DNA of 20,000 bases from an uncultured virus (IMG/VR IMGVR_UViG_2541047319_000002) (lineage: Duplodnaviria > Heunggongvirae > Uroviricota > Caudoviricetes), in IMG/VR virus record IMGVR_UViG_2541047319_000002; one strand, given 5' to 3'. The notes under the pieces are model-generated. The model worked only from the letters and a program-made list of their open reading frames with translations, made no database searches and was not told where the DNA came from. Every line of letters starts with the position of its first letter. The stretch's first letter is position 1. A program made the translations under genes and the position numbers. Shown here in pieces: positions 1 to 8,071 of this stretch.

Positions 1-77
1 GAACATCTTATTATACTGAAATAGAATTTAATAAACTATTTAGAGGAATTAATAGCATCCTAGAGAATATTATCTAA
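1..77 (+). CDS. 3' end of an upstream gene (partial, ...TSYYTEIEFNKLFRGINSILENII*)
   Basis: Frame open from base 3 to TAA at 75-77, followed by a terminator. Confidence 0.4.
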   Translation, partial: TSYYTEIEFNKLFRGINSILENII

Positions 78-103
78 TATATATTTTTAAGGAACTGAGG
101 GTT

Positions 104-136
104 GAGAGCTATTAATTAATAGCTCTCTATTTTTTT
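104..136 (+). terminator. Intrinsic terminator
   Basis: Perfect palindrome GAGAGCTATTAATTAATAGCTCTC (104-127) followed by TATTTTTTT. Confidence 0.75.
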
Positions 137-151
137 GAAAGGGGAGAATCA

Positions 152-958
152 ATGGAAAAGGAACTATACAGCTTTAGTAAATTAAATGCATTTCACACAT
201 GTCCATTTCAGTACTATCTTACATATGTAAAAAATTTAAATCGAGAACAAAATTGTTATGGTTATTATGGCAATGAATTACATAGTTTACTAGAACAATT
301 ACAACAAAGAAAAATAACAAATCAAGAAGCTATTCAAAAATACAATGAAGTTATAGAATATGCAAATCTAATGGATTACAACTTTCCTACACCAAATTCA
401 AGAATTAATTATTTAGAATGTATATTACATTATATAGAAAATTTTGTACCAATTGAATGTGATAGATACTATATAGAAGAATATTTTGAGTTTGATATTA
501 ATGGAATTACAATGAGGGGATACATAGATTTATATTATATAATAGGTAATAAAATTTATGTTATAGATTACAAATCAAGTAGTAAATTTTCTAAAAAAGA
601 CCTACCTAAAAAATCAATGCAACTTATCTTATATGCAATGTATCTTAAAGAAAAATATCCAGATAAATCAATTAAATATGTAGCTTTCGATATGTGCAAG
701 TATATGAAGAATGAAAAAGGGGTGTTAGTTGAAAGAAATAAGATTGATAATATAAACAATTATGAAAGAGCTATAGTAAAAATTAAATATACTAAAGAAC
801 TAGAGAAACAATTAATTGATTTTGTTGTTGATACAGTTACTCAAATAAAACAGTTAGATTCCAACGATGAGAGCGTTTGGTGCAAAAGTGATGACAAAAG
901 TAATCAGTTTTTTTGTAAAACTCTATGTTCTCATTACAGGGTAAATTGTAAGATATGA
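152..958 (+). CDS. PD-(D/E)XK nuclease, Cas4/AddB-like, probable Fe-S cluster
   Basis: YSFSKL..F..CP N-terminus, G.ELH, GYID and IDYKS motifs, QL.LY motif, C-terminal CKTLC...C cysteines; RBS GGGGAG. Confidence 0.85.
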   Translation: MEKELYSFSKLNAFHTCPFQYYLTYVKNLNREQNCYGYYGNELHSLLEQLQQRKITNQEAIQKYNEVIEYANLMDYNFPTPNSRINYLECILHYIENFVPIECDRYYIEEYFEFDINGITMRGYIDLYYIIGNKIYVIDYKSSSKFSKKDLPKKSMQLILYAMYLKEKYPDKSIKYVAFDMCKYMKNEKGVLVERNKIDNINNYERAIVKIKYTKELEKQLIDFVVDTVTQIKQLDSNDESVWCKSDDKSNQFFCKTLCSHYRVNCKI

Positions 959-996
959 GTCAGTTCTAATTTAAAAAGTTTATAAGAGGTGATAAC

Positions 997-1806
997 TTGC
1001 TTAAAACAACCAGATATGAGTTATACAATGATGAATGTTTAAAAATAATGGATACATTAATTGAAAAAAATGTAAAAGTAGATGCAATAATTGCTGATAT
1101 ACCACAGGGGATAACTAAAAATAATTGGGATAAACCTTTAGCATTTAATGCTATGTGGGATAGATTATATAAATTAAGAAGGAATAAAAATACTCCAATT
1201 ATACTATTTACCAATCAACCATTTACATCTAAATTAATATGCAGTAATGATAAGCACTTCAAAATAATGAAATATTGGGAAAAAGACAGACCAAGTGGTT
1301 TTTTAAATGCTAAAAGAATGCCTTTAAAAAATGTTGAAGAGATAGCAATATTTTATGAAAAACCACCAGTATATAACCCACAAATGATAGTTGGAAAGCC
1401 TAGTCACAGTATAGGTAAGGTTAATGGAGAAAGTAAATGTAAAAACAATAACAATTATGGCAATTTTGCAAGAGTTGAGAGAGAAGGGAACTTAAAATAT
1501 CCTAAACAAATCCTAAAATATTCTAGACCTCACCCACCAATACATCCAACCGAAAAACCTGTACCACTTTTAAAAGATTTAATAATGACATATTCAAATG
1601 AGGGAGATGTAATTTTAGATTTTACTGCTGGTGTAATTTCAACAGGAGTAGCAGCATTAGAAACAAATAGAAGGTTTATTGGAATAGAATTAAACGAAGA
1701 AAGTTTTAATAAGGGGGTAAAAAGGATGAGAAATACAGAAAGTTTAATAATGAAAGGTTGCAAACATAAGGAAAACAAGAGTTTTAGAAAATCAAAATCA
1801 CAATAA
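997..1806 (+). CDS. Beta-class N4/N6 DNA methyltransferase with atypical motifs
   Basis: TTG start after GAGGTG; HPTEKPV.LL..LI..YSNEGD.ILDF and RRFIGIEL motifs; motif IV reads DIPQ and motif I reads FTAGVIS. Confidence 0.85.
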   Translation: MLKTTRYELYNDECLKIMDTLIEKNVKVDAIIADIPQGITKNNWDKPLAFNAMWDRLYKLRRNKNTPIILFTNQPFTSKLICSNDKHFKIMKYWEKDRPSGFLNAKRMPLKNVEEIAIFYEKPPVYNPQMIVGKPSHSIGKVNGESKCKNNNNYGNFARVEREGNLKYPKQILKYSRPHPPIHPTEKPVPLLKDLIMTYSNEGDVILDFTAGVISTGVAALETNRRFIGIELNEESFNKGVKRMRNTESLIMKGCKHKENKSFRKSKSQ

Positions 1807-1810
1807 AATT

Positions 1811-1835
1811 TGAATTTTAATAAGATTGGAGAGTG
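1811..1835 (+). repeat. 25-bp direct repeat, copy 1 (TGAATTTTAATAAGATTGGAGAGTG)
   Basis: Identical to 2669-2693; contains the RBS of the downstream gene. Confidence 0.95.
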
Positions 1836-2666
1836 ATGAGTATTAAATTTCAACCTGTAATAAAATGGAGTGGAAGTAAAAGAAGTCAATCTGAAGAAAT
1901 AGTAAACAAATTTCCTGATATAATTGACACCTATTATGAACCATTTATAGGTGGAGGAAGTGTGATGTTTCAATTATTAAATAGCAATAAAAAAGTAAAA
2001 AGATATATATGTAGTGATATAAATGAGGATTTAATTTCTTTATGGAACGCAATTAAATCAGATACCGAATCATTATGCTTAAAATATGAAAAGCTGTGGA
2101 ATGAATTAAATAAAGATGAAGATATAGAAAGAAAGAAAAAGTATTATTATTCAATAAGAAATAGTTATAATAGTACAAGAAAACCAGAATTATTCTTATT
2201 TTTAAGTAGAACATGTGTAAATGGGCTAATTAGATATAACTCCAAAAATGAATTTAATACATCTCTTCATTTTTCTAGGAATGGTATAAATCCAAAAAAA
2301 TTAAAAGAAATAATATATCAATGGTCAAAGATTTTAAATGATAAAAACGTTGTATTTTTAAAACAAAGTTACGAAAAAGTATATCCTAAAAGTAATGATT
2401 TTATATATTTAGACCCACCCTATGCAAATACAAAAGGAATGTATCAAGGAACTATAGATTATGAGTATTTTTGGGATTGGATTAGAACTTTAGAATGTAA
2501 ATTAGCGTTGAGTTTTGATGGAAAGCTTGGAAATAAAGATAAAACATATGATGTACCAAAAGATATATATAAAATTCATAATTATCTTTATAGTGGAATA
2601 AGTGTTTTTAAAAAAATAAAACAAAAACAGGAGCCTGTGTATGAAAGTTTATATCTAAATTATTGA
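1833..2666 (+). CDS. Dam-family (D12 class) N6-adenine DNA methyltransferase
   Basis: KWSGSK, YYEPFIGGGSV, SDIN, NGLIRYN and FIYLDPPY motifs; start may be the ATG at 1836. Confidence 0.9.
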   Translation: MMSIKFQPVIKWSGSKRSQSEEIVNKFPDIIDTYYEPFIGGGSVMFQLLNSNKKVKRYICSDINEDLISLWNAIKSDTESLCLKYEKLWNELNKDEDIERKKKYYYSIRNSYNSTRKPELFLFLSRTCVNGLIRYNSKNEFNTSLHFSRNGINPKKLKEIIYQWSKILNDKNVVFLKQSYEKVYPKSNDFIYLDPPYANTKGMYQGTIDYEYFWDWIRTLECKLALSFDGKLGNKDKTYDVPKDIYKIHNYLYSGISVFKKIKQKQEPVYESLYLNY

Positions 2667-2668
2667 TA

Positions 2669-2693
2669 TGAATTTTAATAAGATTGGAGAGTG
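2669..2693 (+). repeat. 25-bp direct repeat, copy 2
   Basis: Identical to 1811-1835; contains the RBS of the 2699 ORF. Confidence 0.95.
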
Positions 2694-2698
2694 TTTAA

Positions 2699-3082
2699 AT
2701 GAATATACCAAAGCAAGTAAAAGTAGGAGGTTTATTCTATAAAATAGAAGAGACAGAAGAACCCATTCTAGTAAATAATCAATTATGTTATGGATTAGCT
2801 GATTATGGAACTGAAACAATGAAATTATCTAATAATTTACAATCACAAAGAGTAAAAGAAGCTACATTTTTACATGAGCTATTTCATTGTATATTTAGAG
2901 ATAGATGCATAGAGAGTGAAGATGAGGAATATTTAGTGGATGTATTAGCTAAAGGGCTTCATCAAGTAATTATAGATAATCCAAAAATATTTGAATGTAA
3001 AAAAAAGGTGAATTGTAATCCAATCACTTATCCTTCAATCCCGCCTGATAAACTAGAATCTATAGAATTAAGAGGAATGTAA
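2699..3082 (+). CDS. Phage protein with HExxH zincin-like (ImmA/IrrE-like) motif
   Basis: TFLHELFHCIF followed by EEYLVD; IP..VKVGG..Y N-terminus typical of this phage family. Confidence 0.7.
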   Translation: MNIPKQVKVGGLFYKIEETEEPILVNNQLCYGLADYGTETMKLSNNLQSQRVKEATFLHELFHCIFRDRCIESEDEEYLVDVLAKGLHQVIIDNPKIFECKKKVNCNPITYPSIPPDKLESIELRGM

Positions 3083-3654
3083 TGAATAAAATATTTGTAT
3101 TTTTAGGATATTCAGGTTCAGGTAAAGATAGTATAGTAACAGAAATTTCAAAGCAATTCAATATTCCAATTCTAATATCACATACAACAAGACCTCCTCG
3201 TGGCCAATCAGAAATCATCAATAAAACATATTATTTTGTAGATAATAAATTTTTTAAGAAAGAAAAAAATAATTTTATTGAAATGAGAAAATATATAGTT
3301 CATGATGGCAGCACTTGGCTATATGGTATACATAAATCTGAATTAGAAAATAAAAAATATGCTTTGACTATAGTAGATGCATGTGGATATAAGGCGTTAG
3401 AAAAATATTTTATGGGAACAAAAACTAAGTTAATACCATTTTTTATAAATACAGATGAGAATATATTAAGAAAAAGACTTATTAATAGGGGTGATAATGC
3501 TAAAGAAATAGAGAGAAGATTAGCAGATGATAAACTTAAATTTAATGATTTTCTAAATAATGAAAGTTATATTGCAATACCAAATAACACTAATCTAATT
3601 AATGCAGTGGAGCAAGTCAAAATACATATGAAAGAAGGGATTGAATGGTATTAG
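3082..3654 (+). CDS. gmk: Guanylate kinase-like nucleotide kinase
   Basis: P-loop GYSGSGKD, ISHTTRPPR, YYFV, WLYG, RL..RGD...EIERR. Confidence 0.88.
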   Translation: MNKIFVFLGYSGSGKDSIVTEISKQFNIPILISHTTRPPRGQSEIINKTYYFVDNKFFKKEKNNFIEMRKYIVHDGSTWLYGIHKSELENKKYALTIVDACGYKALEKYFMGTKTKLIPFFINTDENILRKRLINRGDNAKEIERRLADDKLKFNDFLNNESYIAIPNNTNLINAVEQVKIHMKEGIEWY

Positions 3655-4139
3655 CCCTAGATATATCCATGTCCTCAACTGGATGGGCAGTTATAAATAG
3701 AAATAAAAAGGTATTAAAATATGGAAAAATAGTAACTAAAAAAGATAAATTTAAGTCTGAAGATGAGAGAATGTGCTATATCTGTAATACAATTCAAGAG
3801 ATAATTACAACTCATAATATTCAAATAGTCTTAGTTGAAGACCAATTCACTTCAAGAAATTCTAAAACAATTCTTAGTTTAAGAAAACTCTTAGGAGCAA
3901 TAATGAGGACTGTAAAATTAAATAATATAGAGATTGAATATATGTATCCAGTTTCTATTAGAAAATATCTCATGAATAATGGTAAAGCTAAAAAGGAAGA
4001 AGTAGCTGCATATGTAAGAGAAAACATTATTGATATTGGAGAATATATTGATAGGACTTGTAAGGCTAAAACAAGTGATATATATGATGCTATAGCACTT
4101 GGAATAGCTTATTTAAACAAACTTGATACTAACAGATAA
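3645..4139 (+). CDS. ruvC: RuvC-like Holliday junction resolvase
   Basis: LALDISMSSTGWAV, VLVED, G.AKKEEV and D..DAIALG motifs. Confidence 0.88.
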   Translation: MVLALDISMSSTGWAVINRNKKVLKYGKIVTKKDKFKSEDERMCYICNTIQEIITTHNIQIVLVEDQFTSRNSKTILSLRKLLGAIMRTVKLNNIEIEYMYPVSIRKYLMNNGKAKKEEVAAYVRENIIDIGEYIDRTCKAKTSDIYDAIALGIAYLNKLDTNR

Positions 4140-4162
4140 TTTTAAAAAGGGAGATTAAATTA

Positions 4163-4711
4163 ATGAGTATAAATGTTAAAATAAAGAAATTAAGTCAAGA
4201 CACAATAATGCCATCTTATGCAAAAGAAGGTGATAGTGGAATAGATTTATATACACTAAAAGATACGGTGATTCCAGCCAAATCAGCAGTAGCAGTCTCT
4301 ACAGGTATAGCGTTGGAAATTCCGTTTGGATATGAAATGCAAATTAGACCTAGAAGCGGTATAAGCTTAAAAGGAATGTTATTTACAAGAGATGTAGAAG
4401 TCCTTTATGTAGACAGAGATAAATCATTTAAAGATGTAATTGTATGTGATAGAATAAAACCTAAAAAGCAAATGAGAAAAAGTTTTGTAGTATATCCAAC
4501 TGTGCGACTAGGTACGATAGATTCGGGATATAGAGGTGAAATTAAAATAATTACATATAATGAAGAGGATTTTGATATTTTAATTCCTAAACATACTAAA
4601 CTTGCACAAGGTGTGTTTCAACAAGTTCCAAGAGCTATTTTAAAAGTTGTAGATGAATTGACTAGCTCTGAAAGAGGTAATAATGGATTTGGAAGCACTG
4701 GTATAAGATAG
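4163..4711 (+). CDS. dut: Trimeric dUTPase with a large insertion
   Basis: Motifs SGIDL, RPRSG, GTIDSGYRGEI, KLAQ and RGNNGFGSTG. Confidence 0.95.
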   Translation: MSINVKIKKLSQDTIMPSYAKEGDSGIDLYTLKDTVIPAKSAVAVSTGIALEIPFGYEMQIRPRSGISLKGMLFTRDVEVLYVDRDKSFKDVIVCDRIKPKKQMRKSFVVYPTVRLGTIDSGYRGEIKIITYNEEDFDILIPKHTKLAQGVFQQVPRAILKVVDELTSSERGNNGFGSTGIR

Positions 4712-4719
4712 GAGGCTAT

Positions 4720-5379
4720 ATGTATACTATTAAAGATGTGATAGATGTATTGAAATCTACTAGAAACTGCAATCTAAAATGTAATGATTGTATATTAAAT
4801 AAAAGTATAGTTACAAATAAAATAGAAAAAACATTATGTTGGTGGCTAGAAGAAACAAGAAAATCTCTTAAGCTATCACATTCAAATATTGAATTTGATA
4901 AACAAATTGAAATACTAAAAGAAGTGAATGACATTATATTTGAATGTGAGGACAAAACTTGCAATAAGTGTATATTTGGCGAAGAAGTGAGTAATCTATA
5001 TAGTTCTTGTGATATATTAGAAAAGATATGTGATGAATTGAGCAAAAAAACATGTAAACTAATAGAAAAAATTAATTATTATCATGATTATACTTATGAA
5101 AAATTATATTGTTTAGAAAATGTTAAAACTGGAGAGAAATTTGCTGTTGAAGAAAATCAAATAAAGAGATATAATATCCTCAATACTAATTTTGGAGGTG
5201 CTAATATGTTTAAATATGATGATTATGTTAATTTGACAAATAGTTTAGAGTTACCAGAAGAAATTAGAAATAAATGTGTTAGAGTTGTAATGACATTGGA
5301 AAATATGCAAGATATTATGATAGTACATAAGTTCAAGACTTATGTTGTTAATGAAAAATACATTGAAAAAGTATCATAA
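4720..5379 (+). CDS. Hypothetical protein with two Cys-rich repeats
   Basis: Strong RBS AGGAGG; CNLKCNDC..LC and CEDKTCNKC..SC clusters. Confidence 0.7.
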   Translation: MYTIKDVIDVLKSTRNCNLKCNDCILNKSIVTNKIEKTLCWWLEETRKSLKLSHSNIEFDKQIEILKEVNDIIFECEDKTCNKCIFGEEVSNLYSSCDILEKICDELSKKTCKLIEKINYYHDYTYEKLYCLENVKTGEKFAVEENQIKRYNILNTNFGGANMFKYDDYVNLTNSLELPEEIRNKCVRVVMTLENMQDIMIVHKFKTYVVNEKYIEKVS

Positions 5380-5381
5380 AA

Positions 5382-5419
5382 ATAAAAAAGTCATCTATTA
5401 ATTTAGATGACTTTTTTAT
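5382..5419. terminator. Bidirectional intrinsic terminator between convergent genes
   Basis: ATAAAAAAGTCATCTA-TTAATT-TAGATGACTTTTTTAT, perfect 16-bp inverted repeat with A/T tails. Confidence 0.9.
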
Positions 5420-5466
5420 CTGTTAATAATATAATAGAAGTATTATTGAAAAAATAAAAGAACAAA

Positions 5467-6777
5467 TTAAAATCTATCACTTTTGAAAACTTCAAGTAAT
5501 TGTGGAATATTAACTCCGAATCCCTCTATTAATTTTTCTTTATTATATGAATCATCCCAACTAAAAGGCTTGATGGTATTTACAATTTTAGTTGAGGTTA
5601 ATTTGTTATATTTAGGTTTATTAGTTGCTATTGTTTCAAATAATATCTTAGCTCTAAAAATTTCAAATCTATAACCTTTTCCAGCTTTTTCAATATATTT
5701 AATTAAATTATTTACGCTTTCAGTAGAAGTATTTGCTGTTCTATATCCAAAATAGTTAAATATCTCTAAGTACCAACTATCAACTGTTTTTATCACCTCT
5801 TGGTAATATTTCATATTTTTAGGAACTGACAATTTCCATTTCTCATATATTTTAAAAGCATCTTCTTTATTTTGACATCCATAAATATCTCTAAATTGTT
5901 CCTTAAGCTCATATACTAATTTTAAATGTGGAAATTCATTGAATATCGTTTGCATATTCTGTATTTGTTCATCTTTTAATTCCTCTCTATTTTTTGATAG
6001 TAAAATTTTATCTTTTAATAGTTTTTTGCGTTGCTTAATTGTTAAAGTATCTTTAAAAGACTTTCTTTCTTTTTCTAGGGCATTTGTAATTAATTGTAAA
6101 ACATGAAATCTATCTATAATAATTTTTACCTTTGGTAATTCCTCATAAATTGCTTCTTTACAATGTTTGCACATATCAATTATTATGACTTCGATTTGTT
6201 TTTTATTAGGAAATTTATTTAAAAATGCTTTGATATCAGTTTTATTTCTAGTTGCTTGAATATCAAGAATTTTATGATGGACTACATCTATATATATAGC
6301 TCTTACTGAGTTCTTAAGATATAGTCCATTTATACTCAACACTATCGGGGTAGTGTAAACTATATTTTTTTCAAGTTCCTTCATATAAACTTCAAACACT
6401 CTTTTTACTGTGGTTGGTGAAACACTATATTCATCTGCAATACTGGAAAATGGTTTCTTAAGAGATTCTTTTTCTATCTGTTTTCTTAATCTAATAGTAA
6501 TTTTACCTCTTTCATCAATGCTTTTATATTTTTGATTGAATGTAGAATTACAATGTTTACATTTATATCTATAACTATGTATTTCTATTACTACATGTTT
6601 GTCAAAAATATTTAAATCCTTAACAGAACGTGTAGACTTTCCATGCTTATAATATTCAGTGCAACCACATTCATAACATATGGTGGGTTCTTTTTTAGGT
6701 TTAACAATTACAGTCATATCGTGTTCATTTATTATTGTATCAATAACTTCAAAATCTGGTAAATTTAATACATCCAT
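5467..6777 (-). CDS. ISL3-family transposase-like protein, first catalytic Asp substituted
   Basis: Zinc finger CYECG...CKHC, HTH, IIIDM, IDRFHV, T...ESVNN.IK and G.GY.FE.FRA motifs; LSING where LGIDE is expected. Confidence 0.9.
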   Translation of the reverse strand: MDVLNLPDFEVIDTIINEHDMTVIVKPKKEPTICYECGCTEYYKHGKSTRSVKDLNIFDKHVVIEIHSYRYKCKHCNSTFNQKYKSIDERGKITIRLRKQIEKESLKKPFSSIADEYSVSPTTVKRVFEVYMKELEKNIVYTTPIVLSINGLYLKNSVRAIYIDVVHHKILDIQATRNKTDIKAFLNKFPNKKQIEVIIIDMCKHCKEAIYEELPKVKIIIDRFHVLQLITNALEKERKSFKDTLTIKQRKKLLKDKILLSKNREELKDEQIQNMQTIFNEFPHLKLVYELKEQFRDIYGCQNKEDAFKIYEKWKLSVPKNMKYYQEVIKTVDSWYLEIFNYFGYRTANTSTESVNNLIKYIEKAGKGYRFEIFRAKILFETIATNKPKYNKLTSTKIVNTIKPFSWDDSYNKEKLIEGFGVNIPQLLEVFKSDRF

Positions 6778-6779
6778 TT

Positions 6780-7622
6780 TTATTCACATTCTTTAATTAG
6801 ATTAATAGCTGTTATCATTCTAATATTATATATAGTTTTTTTTGTATTTTGTAAATACCATTCTAAATAACTTCTATTTTCTTTATAAACATCATATGCT
6901 GTTTTACCTTTGTATTTTCCACTTGTAAAAATAATTTTTTTTGCATCATCAAGACTTATATCTTTAAAATAAGCTAATAAATTTTTTGATATATGAGGAT
7001 AAAATGTATCTAATAAATATTTTATGCAATTATAACTTTTAGTTCTTTCTGATGATGGATTGTAATTTAACTGATTAACACCAACACTTGAAAAGTTAAA
7101 TTCTTTACTGTTTAAATTTCCTGCATAATATGCAACACAATGCTCTAAATCAGTTTGCATTACATCATATATATATTCACCTGAGTATTTTGAGAAACAA
7201 GGAAATTTAACAGTTTTAGCCTTCTCTAGGGTGTCAACATTTTCTTCTTCTAATATTTTGGATTGTCTCTTTTCTTTAATATCCCAAATTAATGAATTTA
7301 AATATTCAAAGTCACTTAAGTGCTTATCAGCCCAAATATTAGCTTTTTCAAATCCTATTTCAAAAGATTCAACTTCTTCTTTTAAAATAGTCTCTTTTAA
7401 ATATTCGATATATAAGTAATATTTTTCATTCAGTTCTTTTTTACCATTATCTAAAAATTTAACAAATATATCTTCTTTTTTTACTCTAAAAGTAACTCTA
7501 TTTTTAGTAATCTTATAATGAGTATCACTATTTTTTGTACCTATTCTGTTTAGATAATTTATACCTGCTGCATCCTGTATTTCAATTTCAGGTACTTTTG
7601 TTGGTTTAAAATCAAGTTTCAT
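6780..7622 (-). CDS. Hypothetical protein with two F.GKYKG...Y..W repeats (DUF3820 / exonuclease X C-terminal-like)
   Basis: FPCFSKYSGEYIYDV and IFTSGKYKGKTAYDVYKENRSYLEWYL; RBS AAGGAGG. Confidence 0.7.
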   Translation of the reverse strand: MKLDFKPTKVPEIEIQDAAGINYLNRIGTKNSDTHYKITKNRVTFRVKKEDIFVKFLDNGKKELNEKYYLYIEYLKETILKEEVESFEIGFEKANIWADKHLSDFEYLNSLIWDIKEKRQSKILEEENVDTLEKAKTVKFPCFSKYSGEYIYDVMQTDLEHCVAYYAGNLNSKEFNFSSVGVNQLNYNPSSERTKSYNCIKYLLDTFYPHISKNLLAYFKDISLDDAKKIIFTSGKYKGKTAYDVYKENRSYLEWYLQNTKKTIYNIRMITAINLIKECE

Positions 7623-7662
7623 AGATATATCAACCTCCTTTTTATAATTTATTATATAAAAT

Positions 7663-7671
7663 ATTATACCA
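7663..7671 (-). promoter_or_regulatory. Extended -10 promoter for the 7622-5467 operon
   Basis: TGGTATAAT on the minus strand about 40 bp upstream of the start. Confidence 0.6.
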
Positions 7672-7710
7672 CATTTAAAGTTATATTTTCCACTATTAAA
7701 GTTGTTTTAT
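7669..7710. repeat. Two tandem imperfect 21-bp repeats (CCACnnTTAAAGTT core)
   Basis: CCACATTTAAAGTTATATTTT followed by CCACTATTAAAGTTGTTTTAT. Confidence 0.55.
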
Positions 7711-7900
7711 ATAATAAATTCCAGATTAACTCTTTACTATCTAATTATCCTAATACTTAATTAGAATTTAAAACTTATCAAAACGAAATGACCTTCTAAA
7801 TTCGATTTTAAGGCTTTATAAAAATCAATGCTTATAATTAGTCCTATTCAGAAATTCGATTGCTTAAAACGCAAAATATAAAAAATAATAAATTACTAGT

Positions 7901-7939
7901 ATAAGACATAGAATTGTGTATTCTATGTCTTATTTCTTT
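7901..7939 (+). terminator. Terminator-like hairpin upstream of the integrase
   Basis: ATAAGACATAGAAT-TGTGT-ATTCTATGTCTTAT, perfect 14-bp inverted repeat followed by TTCTTT. Confidence 0.6.
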
Positions 7940-8031
7940 ACAACTAAGTAATTTCAATAATTATATAAATAAAAGAATTAAAAAAGTCAGTTGAAAGTCA
8001 GCTAAAATGACTATTTTTTGCCTCCTCTGTA

Positions 8032-8040
8032 TGGTATAAT
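8032..8040 (+). promoter_or_regulatory. Extended -10 promoter of the integrase
   Basis: TGGTATAAT about 30 bp upstream of the ATG; RBS GGAGGG follows. Confidence 0.6.
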
Positions 8041-8071
8041 AAGTATATGAATTTTCATAGGAGGGATAACC

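Noticed and set aside
152..2666. Restriction-modification system formed by the nuclease and two methyltransferases
   Set aside because: The nuclease is of the Cas4/AddB exonuclease type within a replication cluster; orphan anti-restriction MTases are the simpler reading
7660..7730. Fragments resembling the C. difficile CRISPR repeat (ATACCAC, GTTTTATAT)
   Set aside because: Only short partial matches in AT-rich DNA; I found no regular repeat-spacer periodicity in the window
5420..7760. Intact ISL3 insertion sequence
   Set aside because: No convincing terminal inverted repeats or target-site duplication found by eye, and the first catalytic Asp is missing
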